DNA of 32,000 nucleotides from Pasteurella multocida (GTDB lineage Bacteria; Pseudomonadota; Gammaproteobacteria; Enterobacterales; Pasteurellaceae): NCBI RefSeq assembly GCF_900187275.1, contig NZ_LT906458.1, positions 1,830,001 to 1,862,000 of the forward strand, read 5' to 3'. Shown piece by piece: positions 1 to 7,897 of this stretch (position 1 is its first letter; each line of letters starts with the position of its first letter). The notes under the pieces were generated by a model. It saw only the letters and a program-made list of their open reading frames with translations, ran no database searches and was not told where the DNA came from. The position numbers and the translations under genes were made by a program.

Positions 1-53
1 AGAGATTTTTTGATGTCAAAATACTGCATGACAATTCCTTTTAAATAAAATGG

Positions 54-1583
54 TTAAAATGTTTTACTGAAGGTTAAATAAATCCGATTCCGGTCATATT
101 CGGAAAAAGGATTGTTACTGGTGGTTTTTTGATATGCCCAAGTGATTTTAGGCGTGATCCCCAACCAGTGAAGACTACGATGCCAAATCGTAAAATTGAC
201 ACCGTATTCGCGATTTTTTTGCACAACTTTAAAGAAACTCGGCGCGAAAATCATATTCTTTTCTGCTGAAGGTGCTCGATAAGTACGCGTGGCATAGCTT
301 GTTTGTAAACGCGTTGAAATGCCTTTCGGCCATTCTTGCCCCCAACCTAGACGTATTCCTTGACGTTCAAAAGCATAGGCTTTTAGCCGGGTATTTTTTT
401 GATAATAATCGAATCCAACAAACCAAAATTGTTGGCTATTTGGCATATATATCAGAGTATTGCTAATGGAATAGCTATTTCCATTTGAGCTTTGCCGTTG
501 AGGTTGGATATAACGTTGTTCGGTATATTCCAGAACCGTGGAGATTTTCCAATTGGGTGTCAACCAATAATCCACGTCAAGGTTGATACCTGAGCTTTTA
601 GAATAACGGTGTAATGTACGTGCATCCTTTGTTGCATTTTCACCGCCCACATACCAAAATTGTTCCACGAAAGGTATAAGTTTCACTTCTGTTTTGGCAT
701 TACGGTAACCACCACCTAGATTGAGGCGAGTCGAAAACTCATCATACTTATGATTATCCCAATAATATTTTCCATTGATATCGGCACTAAATTCTGTGAA
801 AAAGCCGTGGGCTAATGACCAATTTTTACTTAAATTAATAAAATAACTTAAACCATGTGCTTTTTCTGGTTGGCTTGAAGGGGTGAAGCCTTCCGCTTTG
901 GTGCCTTTAGGCGGTGCATTATTGACATTGTTCTCATGCAAATAATTTACTCCGCCATACACATTCCAGCTATCGCGTTGGTTAATCGCATCAATATAGC
1001 TATCAATGAGGGTCAGTAAAGGCGCGGGTAAGTTTTCTGAACGCAGTTGGTTAAATTGTGCTTTCGCGGCTTCATTTTCACGGTTTTGCGTTAAGGCGAT
1101 AGCGAGTTGTAAGCGTGCAGGTTGTAAATTGGGCTTTTCTGCAATAATTTGGCGATATAAACGTACTGATTCACTTAATTTTCCTTGTTTACGAGCAACC
1201 ATTGCCTGTGCCCATTTTAATAACAGCGGATCAGGCGATTGTTGGGCATAAATGGGTAACAGAATTTCCGCACCGCGCATATCATTATTTTTTAATGCCG
1301 GGATTAAGGCGCGAAGCACCAAATCAGGTCTGCTAGCAAGTTGTTCAATGGTCAACGAAATTTGCTGACTGCTCGCACTTGATGTGGGTTCAGTCGGTTT
1401 CGGTTTCTGAGAAAAGAGATGCTGTTTAGGTGACGTCTGGGAAAATGTTTCATCTGGTCGGCTATTATCTACGGGGATCACAGTATTCGCCCACGCGGTG
1501 TTATAAATAACGCCAGAGAGAAAAACAAGGCGACCGAAAAAAGGTAAAAAAGTAAGCGGTTTTAAGTTTATCATTAAGTTCAT
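54..1583 (-). CDS. Slam-type outer-membrane translocon (surface lipoprotein assembly modulator; N-terminal TPR region + C-terminal DUF560-like beta-barrel)
   Basis: 509-aa ORF. N-terminal signal peptide ending ...VIYNTAWA. Helical TPR-like repeats follow (RLYRQIIAEKPNLQPARLQLAIALTQNRENEAAKAQFNQL). The C-terminal ~300 aa is aromatic- and Gly-rich with alternating-polarity strands and ends ...IYLTFSKTF (terminal Phe, an OMP signature). The size and two-domain layout match what I recall for Neisseria Slam1/Slam2. It is co-oriented with two TbpB-fold lipoprotein genes upstream. Confidence 0.8.
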   Translation of the reverse strand: MNLMINLKPLTFLPFFGRLVFLSGVIYNTAWANTVIPVDNSRPDETFSQTSPKQHLFSQKPKPTEPTSSASSQQISLTIEQLASRPDLVLRALIPALKNNDMRGAEILLPIYAQQSPDPLLLKWAQAMVARKQGKLSESVRLYRQIIAEKPNLQPARLQLAIALTQNRENEAAKAQFNQLRSENLPAPLLTLIDSYIDAINQRDSWNVYGGVNYLHENNVNNAPPKGTKAEGFTPSSQPEKAHGLSYFINLSKNWSLAHGFFTEFSADINGKYYWDNHKYDEFSTRLNLGGGYRNAKTEVKLIPFVEQFWYVGGENATKDARTLHRYSKSSGINLDVDYWLTPNWKISTVLEYTEQRYIQPQRQSSNGNSYSISNTLIYMPNSQQFWFVGFDYYQKNTRLKAYAFERQGIRLGWGQEWPKGISTRLQTSYATRTYRAPSAEKNMIFAPSFFKVVQKNREYGVNFTIWHRSLHWLGITPKITWAYQKTTSNNPFSEYDRNRIYLTFSKTF

Positions 1584-1632
1584 CTGAAAAAAGTCATTAT
1601 ATTCTGTTTATTATTGGTGTGGGCTTTTGCGA

Positions 1633-2235
1633 TTAAGGCATTGCAATGGCATACAAGCGGTAACTAACTTGACCGGTTATTTTTTCTTTGAGTATTGTCC
1701 AGTTCTCTGGGGCAATAATCGGTTTGTCTTTTTCCGTTTCCACATAAACCAATGCGTCAGGTTTTAGCCAATTATGTCGAGCTAATAAATCAACTGTTTG
1801 CTGTGCTAGACCGAAGTGAAAAGGCGGATCAATAAACACAATGTCAAAGTGCGGTGCAGTTTGGGGTTGATTTAAAAATTGCAGGCTATTTTGATTGATG
1901 ACGTTAGCCTGTTCTGCATTGCATTTTAACGTAGCAAGATTTTTGCTGAGTTGTGTCGCAACATTTTTATCTAGCTCTAAAAACGTCACCTGTTTTGCCT
2001 GACGTGAAAGTGCCTCAAAACCTAATGCACCACTGCCAGCAAAGCAATCAAGGCAGGTCGCATCGACAATGTAGGGCATGAGCCAATTGAATAAGGTTTC
2101 TTTAACCCGATCACCTGTTGGACGTAATCCATCCGCAGAAAGCACGGGCAATTTCCGCCCGCGCCATAATCCTGCAATGATACGTACTTCACCTTTTGGT
2201 GTGCTAGATTTGAGTTTTTGTGTTGGTTTTTTCAT
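1633..2235 (-). CDS. rsmD: 16S rRNA (guanine966-N2)-methyltransferase RsmD
   Basis: 200-aa ORF with SAM-binding motif DCFAGSGALGFEALSRQA and N-methyltransferase motif FIDPPF. The length is typical of RsmD/YhhF. rsmD is the classic divergent neighbour of ftsY in gamma-proteobacteria. Confidence 0.9.
   Translation of the reverse strand: MKKPTQKLKSSTPKGEVRIIAGLWRGRKLPVLSADGLRPTGDRVKETLFNWLMPYIVDATCLDCFAGSGALGFEALSRQAKQVTFLELDKNVATQLSKNLATLKCNAEQANVINQNSLQFLNQPQTAPHFDIVFIDPPFHFGLAQQTVDLLARHNWLKPDALVYVETEKDKPIIAPENWTILKEKITGQVSYRLYAIAMP
1847..1855 (+). repeat. Uptake signal sequence (USS) core AAGTGCGGT
   Basis: Exact 9-mer read in the sequence, inside rsmD. Confidence 0.9.
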
Positions 2236-2285
2236 AAGGTTATAAAATAAATAGCGGTATGCGAAAATACCATATCATCATGTGT

Positions 2286-3293
2286 TTATTGTGCTTGGTG
2301 ACTTTTTTCAGCAAATAATAACCCATAATATTTTTCAGCTTTTCCTACACCAACAACGTATTTTTTATCAGTTTTTTCTGCGTTGATAAAATTCAGCTCC
2401 ATTGCCATGTTGTCGGGTCCTGTAGGGGATAGTTTATGGGGATTGTCCTTGTGTGGTGTTATAGTTAAGTTTTGTCCTTCTCCTGAGAGCTGAAACAAAT
2501 CATCACGTCCTCTATTATATCTGTAGATTTCACCATAAATCTTGCCATTTCGGAAAGTAAGAGTCACATTGCCATACTGAGGAATATATTCTGAACCAAC
2601 TCGATTTACATCACTTAATACGGAATATATAAAACCATCTTCTTGATAATAAGTTGCAGTTAGTGCATTGAGGTTCTCATTATTTATTGCATCTGGTTTA
2701 ATTGCATAAATATAATTTTTTTCTACTTTTTTGTAATCTGCTGAAGGTTGTCCATAACTTCCATAATAAAATAAAGCGTCTTTTAACGTAAAGTTATAAT
2801 AATCCTCTTTATTCTCATTTTTTCCGTCAACTAATGATATTGTTTTACTTTGTGTTTTTGTTTTATCAAAAACTGGATCATCATTGTATTGAGAATTATA
2901 TTTTACGAAAGTGAATACCGTAACGTTATCTTTATCTACATTATTACTCGCATTTCCCACTTCTGAAACATGATAACCTGTCCAAGTGAGATTTTCTTGT
3001 GCAGGTTGGTTTTTTTCTTGTTCTAGAGGGGCTTTAAAGGAGGATTGTTGACTATTTTCTTTGGATGTGTCATGAGAAGACATTGAAAGTTTGTCATGAA
3101 GAGAATCATTCGTAGCGGTATTAGTAGGATTTTTGATTGGAGCGGAAGAAGGCTCACTATTTGATTGAACCGGTTGTGCTTTTTCCTCTACACGGTCAGC
3201 ACGATTTCCAGCGCTACCGCCACCGCCGCTACATGCAACTAATAATGAAGAGAGGGTCATCAATAAGCTTGTTTTTAAAACGATTTGTTTCAT
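2286..3293 (-). CDS. Putative Slam-dependent surface lipoprotein, TbpB-like C-terminal beta-barrel (SLP-1)
   Basis: 335 aa. Lipobox LLVA|C with Cys21, +2 Ser. A Gly4 run and a ~80-aa S/N/Q/E-rich low-complexity linker follow. The folded region contains ...ATYYQEDGFIYS...YGNVTLTFRNGKIYGEIYR...ELNFINAE...KYVVGVGKAEKYYGLLFAEKSHQAQ. This resembles the strand pattern and C-terminal (hydrophobic)-G-A-(E/K)-K ending I recall for the barrel domains of TbpB, fHbp and hemophilin. It is a paralogue of the next gene. RBS AAGGA lies upstream of the ATG. Confidence 0.7.
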   Translation of the reverse strand: MKQIVLKTSLLMTLSSLLVACSGGGGSAGNRADRVEEKAQPVQSNSEPSSAPIKNPTNTATNDSLHDKLSMSSHDTSKENSQQSSFKAPLEQEKNQPAQENLTWTGYHVSEVGNASNNVDKDNVTVFTFVKYNSQYNDDPVFDKTKTQSKTISLVDGKNENKEDYYNFTLKDALFYYGSYGQPSADYKKVEKNYIYAIKPDAINNENLNALTATYYQEDGFIYSVLSDVNRVGSEYIPQYGNVTLTFRNGKIYGEIYRYNRGRDDLFQLSGEGQNLTITPHKDNPHKLSPTGPDNMAMELNFINAEKTDKKYVVGVGKAEKYYGLLFAEKSHQAQ

Positions 3294-3490
3294 ATTTATC
3301 CTTGTACTGCCTAGATCAAAATATAGGTAACATCATATCCTTTATGATGCGGTGTTATTTTATCATTTTTTCTTTGTTAAGAAGGGATTTATTATTTTTA
3401 ATAAACAAGATCGTTTTATTTGCTTGGTTTTTATGCCGTTATTGTCTATGAATTATATTATTTCGTAACAGAGAGTATTTTTTAAAATAA

Positions 3491-3525
3491 GAAAAGATAA
3501 AAAAAGGCGTTTTTTAAACGCCTTT
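3491..3525 (-). terminator. Rho-independent terminator immediately after SLP-2
   Basis: Perfect 10-bp stem aaaggcgttt (3503-3512) / aaacgccttt (3516-3525) with a 3-nt loop. On the minus strand the hairpin is followed by TTTTTATCTTTTC. It lies directly downstream of the SLP-2 stop codon (3532-3534). Confidence 0.8.
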
Positions 3526-3531
3526 TATCTT

Positions 3532-4578
3532 TTATTTACCCGTAGAGTTTTCTGCTGGTTTTTCATCTGATTTTTCAGCGGCTAATACTCCAATCCATGT
3601 TTCGGCTTTAGCATTACCGAAAAGGTACTTGTGATCAGCTTTTCCTTTTTCTGAATCAGCTAATATATAATTAAGATTAGCTTTATCCCCTTTTTTAATT
3701 GTACCGAGAAGATGTTCTAAGACAGGTTCAATAGTTGAACTACCATGATTACCTTTTTCTATTTTAAAAATTTCTTCTTTGTTAGTTTCTCGACTATTGC
3801 CATTCTCAGAGCGATAAATAGAACCTGATATACTACCGTTGTCATAGAGAATATTCACATCACCATAATTTATTAAGCCATTATTAGATAATTCCGTATT
3901 ACTAATAGGCGCATAAATAAACCCTTTTTCTTTTTTATAATAAGCCTTGAACTGAGTAGATTGGTCTGGGCTTTTAAAATCCGTATTGATGGCATAAAGT
4001 AATTCCACATTTTTATGCGCGCGACTATCATCAATATTGTGACGATAACCATAATAGCCTACTTCATTACCATCACTGCCTAATAAAGTAAATTTATACT
4101 CCACTCCTGAATTATCACCTAAGTTAAGGGTGATATGTTCTGGCTCTTTTTTATATTTATCTGGTGTACTACTGTTTCTATCAGCATTTTCCACATGTTC
4201 TAGTTTATAAACCGTTACATGATTTTTATTTTCATTTTTTGCAGCACAAACCGATTTTGCCTCACAAGCGCCTTCCCATTTTTCTTGTGCAGAAGGAGGG
4301 GACATTCCCATACTGTCATTTGCAGGTGGTGCAGGTGGTGCAGGTGGTGCAGGTGGTGCCTCCTTTGCGCCAGTATCTGGTGCTTGGTTTTTAGGTGGTG
4401 CCGGTATATTTGGTGCAGCATCTGGTTGTTGATGCGCTGGTGGTGCAGGTTGAATCGGCTGTACTGGTGGAGGCGCATTGTTTCCGCCATTGCCGCTACC
4501 GCCACCACCGCCACCGCAAGCGATTAAAAGGCAAGATAATCCGAAGACAGTTGTTAATTTGATGATTGCTTTTTTCAT
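3532..4578 (-). CDS. Putative Slam-dependent surface lipoprotein, TbpB-like C-terminal beta-barrel (SLP-2)
   Basis: 348 aa counted from the MKKAIIKL start at 4578 (RBS AGGGAA upstream). The ORF track extends to 4596, but that adds MYREYT ahead of the signal peptide. Lipobox LLIA|C with Cys21, then Gly6 and a ~75-aa Pro/Ala-rich linker that includes (APP)x4. The folded region aligns by eye with SLP-1: HVTVYKLEHV / NVTVFTFVKY, YKFTL / YNFTL, KAYYKKEKGFIYAP / ATYYQEDGFIYSV, YGDVNILYDNGSISGSIYR / YGNVTLTFRNGKIYGEIYR, and the C-terminus KYLFGNAKAETWIGVLAAEKS / KYVVGVGKAEKYYGLLFAEKS. Confidence 0.7.
   Translation of the reverse strand: MKKAIIKLTTVFGLSCLLIACGGGGGGSGNGGNNAPPPVQPIQPAPPAHQQPDAAPNIPAPPKNQAPDTGAKEAPPAPPAPPAPPANDSMGMSPPSAQEKWEGACEAKSVCAAKNENKNHVTVYKLEHVENADRNSSTPDKYKKEPEHITLNLGDNSGVEYKFTLLGSDGNEVGYYGYRHNIDDSRAHKNVELLYAINTDFKSPDQSTQFKAYYKKEKGFIYAPISNTELSNNGLINYGDVNILYDNGSISGSIYRSENGNSRETNKEEIFKIEKGNHGSSTIEPVLEHLLGTIKKGDKANLNYILADSEKGKADHKYLFGNAKAETWIGVLAAEKSDEKPAENSTGK
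4321..4359. repeat. In-frame 9-bp tandem repeat (tgcaggtgg x4 plus partial) encoding (Ala-Pro-Pro)n in the SLP-2 linker
   Basis: Four exact consecutive copies at 4321-4329, 4330-4338, 4339-4347 and 4348-4356, followed by a partial tgc. Confidence 0.95.
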
Positions 4579-4795
4579 AGTGTATTCCCTATACATGTTG
4601 CATAAGCAGATTGCTTATATCCTTATTAAAAATGTGCATATTTTACACATTTTTATTATTTATACAGCTAAATTTGTATAAATTTTGCAAATTTTATGGA
4701 AAGCAAGGAGATTTTTTTCATCGTTTAAGTATTCAATGTTAAAATGAGCAATCAATTTTTGAATTCAAAATATGTTTAGGCAATGAGAAAAAATT

Positions 4796-6175
4796 ATGTC
4801 AACGGAAAATAAAAAAGGTGGCTTTTGGTCTTGGCTTGGTTTGGGAAAAAAGCAAGAAACACCAGAGGCGACACAGACGTTACCGAGTACAGAAACGTCT
4901 GACAATATTGAGCAAGTCGAAGAAATCAAACCAGAGGTTGAACCCCAAATTGAGCAAACAGAAAGTGCGGTGATTTCTGATGAAATATCATCTTCGACCA
5001 CATCCGATACACCGGCGACATTCTCCCCAACATTAGACGAAACAGACGCGCAACACGTGAAGACTGATGAGGGTGACGATGTGCAGAGTGCGTTTCAGCA
5101 GGCTGAAAAGGAGACGAAAACGGAAGACTGCCTTGAAGAAACGGATTCTGTTGCCAGTGCGCTAACATCTGATGAGGACGTCAAACTGGCTGTGTTAACA
5201 CCTTCTCAACCTCAAGAACAAGAAAAAAAGAGTGAAGGTGGTTTTTTTAGCCGTTTAGTGAAAGGGCTGTTAAAAACGAAACAAAATCTTGGTGCGGGTT
5301 TTCGCAGTTTCTTTTTTGGTAAAAAAATTGATGATGCATTATTTGAGGAATTAGAAGAACAGCTCCTCATCGCCGATTTAGGTGTACCGACTGCGACAAA
5401 AATCATCAATAACTTAACGCAACATGCTAGTCACCAGCAATTAAAAGAAGCGGATTTGTTGTATCAACAACTAAAAGTAGAAATGGCAGAGATTCTTAAA
5501 CCTGTTGCCCAGCCACTCGTGATTGATCAAAGCAAAAAACCTTATGTGATTTTAATGGTCGGTGTGAATGGTGTGGGAAAAACCACGACCATTGGTAAAT
5601 TAGCGCGTCAGTTCCAAAATGAAGGTAAATCAGTCATGTTAGCGGCAGGTGATACGTTCCGTGCGGCGGCGGTTGAGCAATTGCAAGTGTGGGGTGAACG
5701 TAACGGTATTCCGGTGGTGGCACAAAGCACAGGATCCGATTCTGCTTCCGTTATTTTTGATGCGATGCAGTCTGCTGCCGCACGTCATGTTGATGTGTTG
5801 ATTGCAGATACGGCAGGACGTTTACAAAATAAAAATAACCTAATGGACGAGTTGAAAAAAATTGTGCGTGTGATGAAAAAATATGATGAAACAGCACCAC
5901 ATGAAATTATGCTAACGCTCGATGCCGGAACGGGACAAAATGCGATTAGCCAAGCGAAATTATTCCATGAAGCGGTTGGCTTAACGGGGATTACCTTAAC
6001 CAAGTTAGACGGTACCGCAAAAGGTGGTGTGATTTTTGCGATTGCTGATCAATTCAATTTACCGATTCGTTATATTGGGGTGGGTGAAAAAATTGAAGAT
6101 TTACGTCCATTTAATGCGGATGAATTTATTGACGCGTTATTTGTGCATGAAGACGAAAGCAGCGTAGCAAATTAA
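4796..6175 (+). CDS. ftsY: Signal recognition particle receptor FtsY
   Basis: 459 aa. Acidic N-terminal A-domain, then an NG domain with GVNGVGKTTTIGKLA (G1), DTAGR (G3), TKLDGTAKGG (G4/G5). Confidence 0.95.
   Translation: MSTENKKGGFWSWLGLGKKQETPEATQTLPSTETSDNIEQVEEIKPEVEPQIEQTESAVISDEISSSTTSDTPATFSPTLDETDAQHVKTDEGDDVQSAFQQAEKETKTEDCLEETDSVASALTSDEDVKLAVLTPSQPQEQEKKSEGGFFSRLVKGLLKTKQNLGAGFRSFFFGKKIDDALFEELEEQLLIADLGVPTATKIINNLTQHASHQQLKEADLLYQQLKVEMAEILKPVAQPLVIDQSKKPYVILMVGVNGVGKTTTIGKLARQFQNEGKSVMLAAGDTFRAAAVEQLQVWGERNGIPVVAQSTGSDSASVIFDAMQSAAARHVDVLIADTAGRLQNKNNLMDELKKIVRVMKKYDETAPHEIMLTLDAGTGQNAISQAKLFHEAVGLTGITLTKLDGTAKGGVIFAIADQFNLPIRYIGVGEKIEDLRPFNADEFIDALFVHEDESSVAN
4963..4971 (+). 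repeat. USS core AAGTGCGGT
   Basis: Exact 9-mer, inside ftsY. Confidence 0.9.
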
Positions 6176-6225
6176 AGTGAGCTCGGCGATGGCTGAGCCT
6201 AAAAAGAGAGTAAAAGTAGCATAAC

Positions 6226-6876
6226 ATGATTAGATTTTCCAATGTGAGTAAAGCCTATCTCGGTGGTAAGCCTGCATTACAAAATATCAGTTTTCATTTG
6301 CCCGTGGGTAGTATGACCTATGTCATTGGGCATTCTGGGGCGGGGAAAAGTACGCTGTTGAAATTGATAATGGGCATGGAAAGGGCAAATGGTGGGCAGA
6401 TTTGGTTTAATGGGCATGATATTACCCGTTTAGCAGCACATGAAATTCCGTTCTTACGTCGTCAAATTGGCATGGTACACCAAGATTACCGTCTGTTAGC
6501 AGATCGTTCGATTGTGGATAATGTGGCGTTACCCCTGATTATTGCGGGGATGCATCCTAACGAAGCGGAAAGTCGAGCGCTCGCTACCTTAGATCGTGTG
6601 GGCTTGCGTGATCGTGCGAATCATTTACCTGTGCATTTGTCCGGTGGTGAGCAGCAGCGAGTGGATATTGCCCGCGCGATTGTGCATAAACCGCAATTAT
6701 TGCTTGCCGATGAGCCAACAGGTAACTTGGATAATACCTTGTCTTTTGAAATTTTCAGTTTGTTTGAAGAATTAAATCAAATGGGCATGACGGTGCTGAT
6801 TGCCACACATGACCTCAATATTATTCAACAAAAACCAAAACCTTGTCTTGTCCTTGAACAAGGCTACTTACGCTGA
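6226..6876 (+). CDS. ftsE: Cell division ABC transporter ATP-binding protein FtsE
   Basis: 216 aa. Walker [10 protein letters not shown], signature LSGGEQQR, Walker B LLLADEPT. Position ftsY-ftsE-ftsX. Confidence 0.95.
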   Translation: MIRFSNVSKAYLGGKPALQNISFHLPVGSMTYVIGHSGAGKSTLLKLIMGMERANGGQIWFNGHDITRLAAHEIPFLRRQIGMVHQDYRLLADRSIVDNVALPLIIAGMHPNEAESRALATLDRVGLRDRANHLPVHLSGGEQQRVDIARAIVHKPQLLLADEPTGNLDNTLSFEIFSLFEELNQMGMTVLIATHDLNIIQQKPKPCLVLEQGYLR

Positions 6877-6884
6877 GGAAAGTT

Positions 6885-7823
6885 GTGATGAGTTCGCGCC
6901 GTGTGCATGCGCCATTTTGGGTGCAAATACAATATGTGTTAAAAGCTGTATGGGCTGATTTATTAAAGCGCCGTTTTGGCACCTTACTGACAATTTTAGT
7001 GATCAGTGTTTCCCTAACCATTCCAACAGTAAGCTATTTATTGTGGAAAAATATTCACCAAGCTACGACCCAGTTTTATCCGGAAAGTGAGCTCACAGTG
7101 TATTTACACAAAACCTTGAGTGAAGAAGATGCCAATTTGGTGGTGGAAAAAATTCGCCAACAAAACGGCGTTGCCTCGTTAAATTACATTTCACGTCAAG
7201 AGAGTTTGAATGCGTTTCGTGATTGGTCGGGGTTTGGCAATGAGTTAGATGTATTAGATGATAACCCTTTGCCCGCGGTAGTGATGATCAGACCGACGAA
7301 AGAATATAATGAATCGCAAAAACGCAATGAGCTACGCCAAAATTTAGATAAAATTAAAGGTGTACAAGAAGTCCGTTTAGACAATGATTGGTTGGAAAAA
7401 TTGACCGCACTGACTTGGTTAGTGGCACATGTGGCGATCTTTTGTGCGGTGCTGATGACCTTGGCGGTTTTCTTGGTGATTGGTAACAGTATTCGCTCGG
7501 ATGTGTACAGTAGCCAAGCCACCATTGAAGTGATGAAACTGCTTGGCGCCACCGATCAATTTGTTTTACGCCCTTTCTTATATACGGGCATGATTTATGC
7601 CTTGTTAGGTGGCTTTTTTGCTTGTGTGTTAAGTAGTTTAGTGATTGGTTATTTCACTAGTGCCGTCAAGTATGTGACCGATATTTTTGCGGTACATTTT
7701 GAGTTAAACGGGGTAAATCTGGCGGAGTTTTTATTTCTGATGATCATTTGCACGTTGGTGGGCTACCTTGGTGCTTGGTTAGCGGCAACTCGCCATATTA
7801 AAATGCTTGAGCGAAAAAATTAA
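6885..7823 (+). CDS. ftsX: Cell division ABC transporter permease FtsX
   Basis: 312 aa. One N-terminal TM segment, a periplasmic domain and three C-terminal TM segments. Immediately follows ftsE. Confidence 0.9.
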   Translation: MMSSRRVHAPFWVQIQYVLKAVWADLLKRRFGTLLTILVISVSLTIPTVSYLLWKNIHQATTQFYPESELTVYLHKTLSEEDANLVVEKIRQQNGVASLNYISRQESLNAFRDWSGFGNELDVLDDNPLPAVVMIRPTKEYNESQKRNELRQNLDKIKGVQEVRLDNDWLEKLTALTWLVAHVAIFCAVLMTLAVFLVIGNSIRSDVYSSQATIEVMKLLGATDQFVLRPFLYTGMIYALLGGFFACVLSSLVIGYFTSAVKYVTDIFAVHFELNGVNLAEFLFLMIICTLVGYLGAWLAATRHIKMLERKN

Positions 7824-7830
7824 AAAACAG

Positions 7831-7839
7831 ACCGCACTT
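7831..7839 (-). repeat. USS core (ACCGCACTT on + strand)
   Basis: Exact 9-mer in the ftsX/hpaC convergent intergenic region. Confidence 0.9.
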
Positions 7840-7853
7840 TTTATGCAGAAACA

Positions 7854-7890
7854 AAAGGCAGATCAAATGATTGATCTGCCTTTCTTATTT
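7854..7890. terminator. Bidirectional rho-independent terminator between convergent ftsX and hpaC
   Basis: Perfect 13-bp stem aaaggcagatcaa (7854-7866) / ttgatctgccttt (7871-7883) with a 4-nt loop. T-rich tail on the + strand and A-rich run upstream, so it can serve either direction. Confidence 0.85.
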
Positions 7891-7897
7891 TATGCAT

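Noticed and set aside
1-29. Possible start of a further minus-strand gene: ATG at 29-27 preceded by AAGGAA, reading MQYFDIKKS... off the left edge.
   Set aside because: Only 9 codons are visible. That is too little to call a CDS or a product.
3352-3372. Fur-box-like AATGATAA half-site (minus strand) upstream of SLP-1, which would suggest iron regulation.
   Set aside because: Only about half of the 19-bp Fur consensus matches, in a very AT-rich region where such matches are expected by chance.
3137-3451. 104-aa plus-strand ORF spanning the SLP-1 start and its upstream region.
   Set aside because: It is antisense to the SLP-1 signal peptide and promoter region, AT-rich with a hydrophobic nonsense-like translation, and has no RBS.
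4164-4527. Three overlapping ORFs (76, 99 and 102 aa, both strands) with odd repetitive translations (VVQVVQVVQ, HHLHHLHHL, CRWCRWCRW).
   Set aside because: They are out-of-frame or antisense readings of the Pro/Ala-rich tandem-repeat linker of SLP-2. They have no RBS and are repeat artefacts.
6176-6225. Imperfect hairpin (gctcggcg...ggctgagc) between ftsY and ftsE as a possible attenuator.
   Set aside because: The stem has mismatches and no T-tract, and ftsYEX is a well-known operon. It is not distinctive enough.
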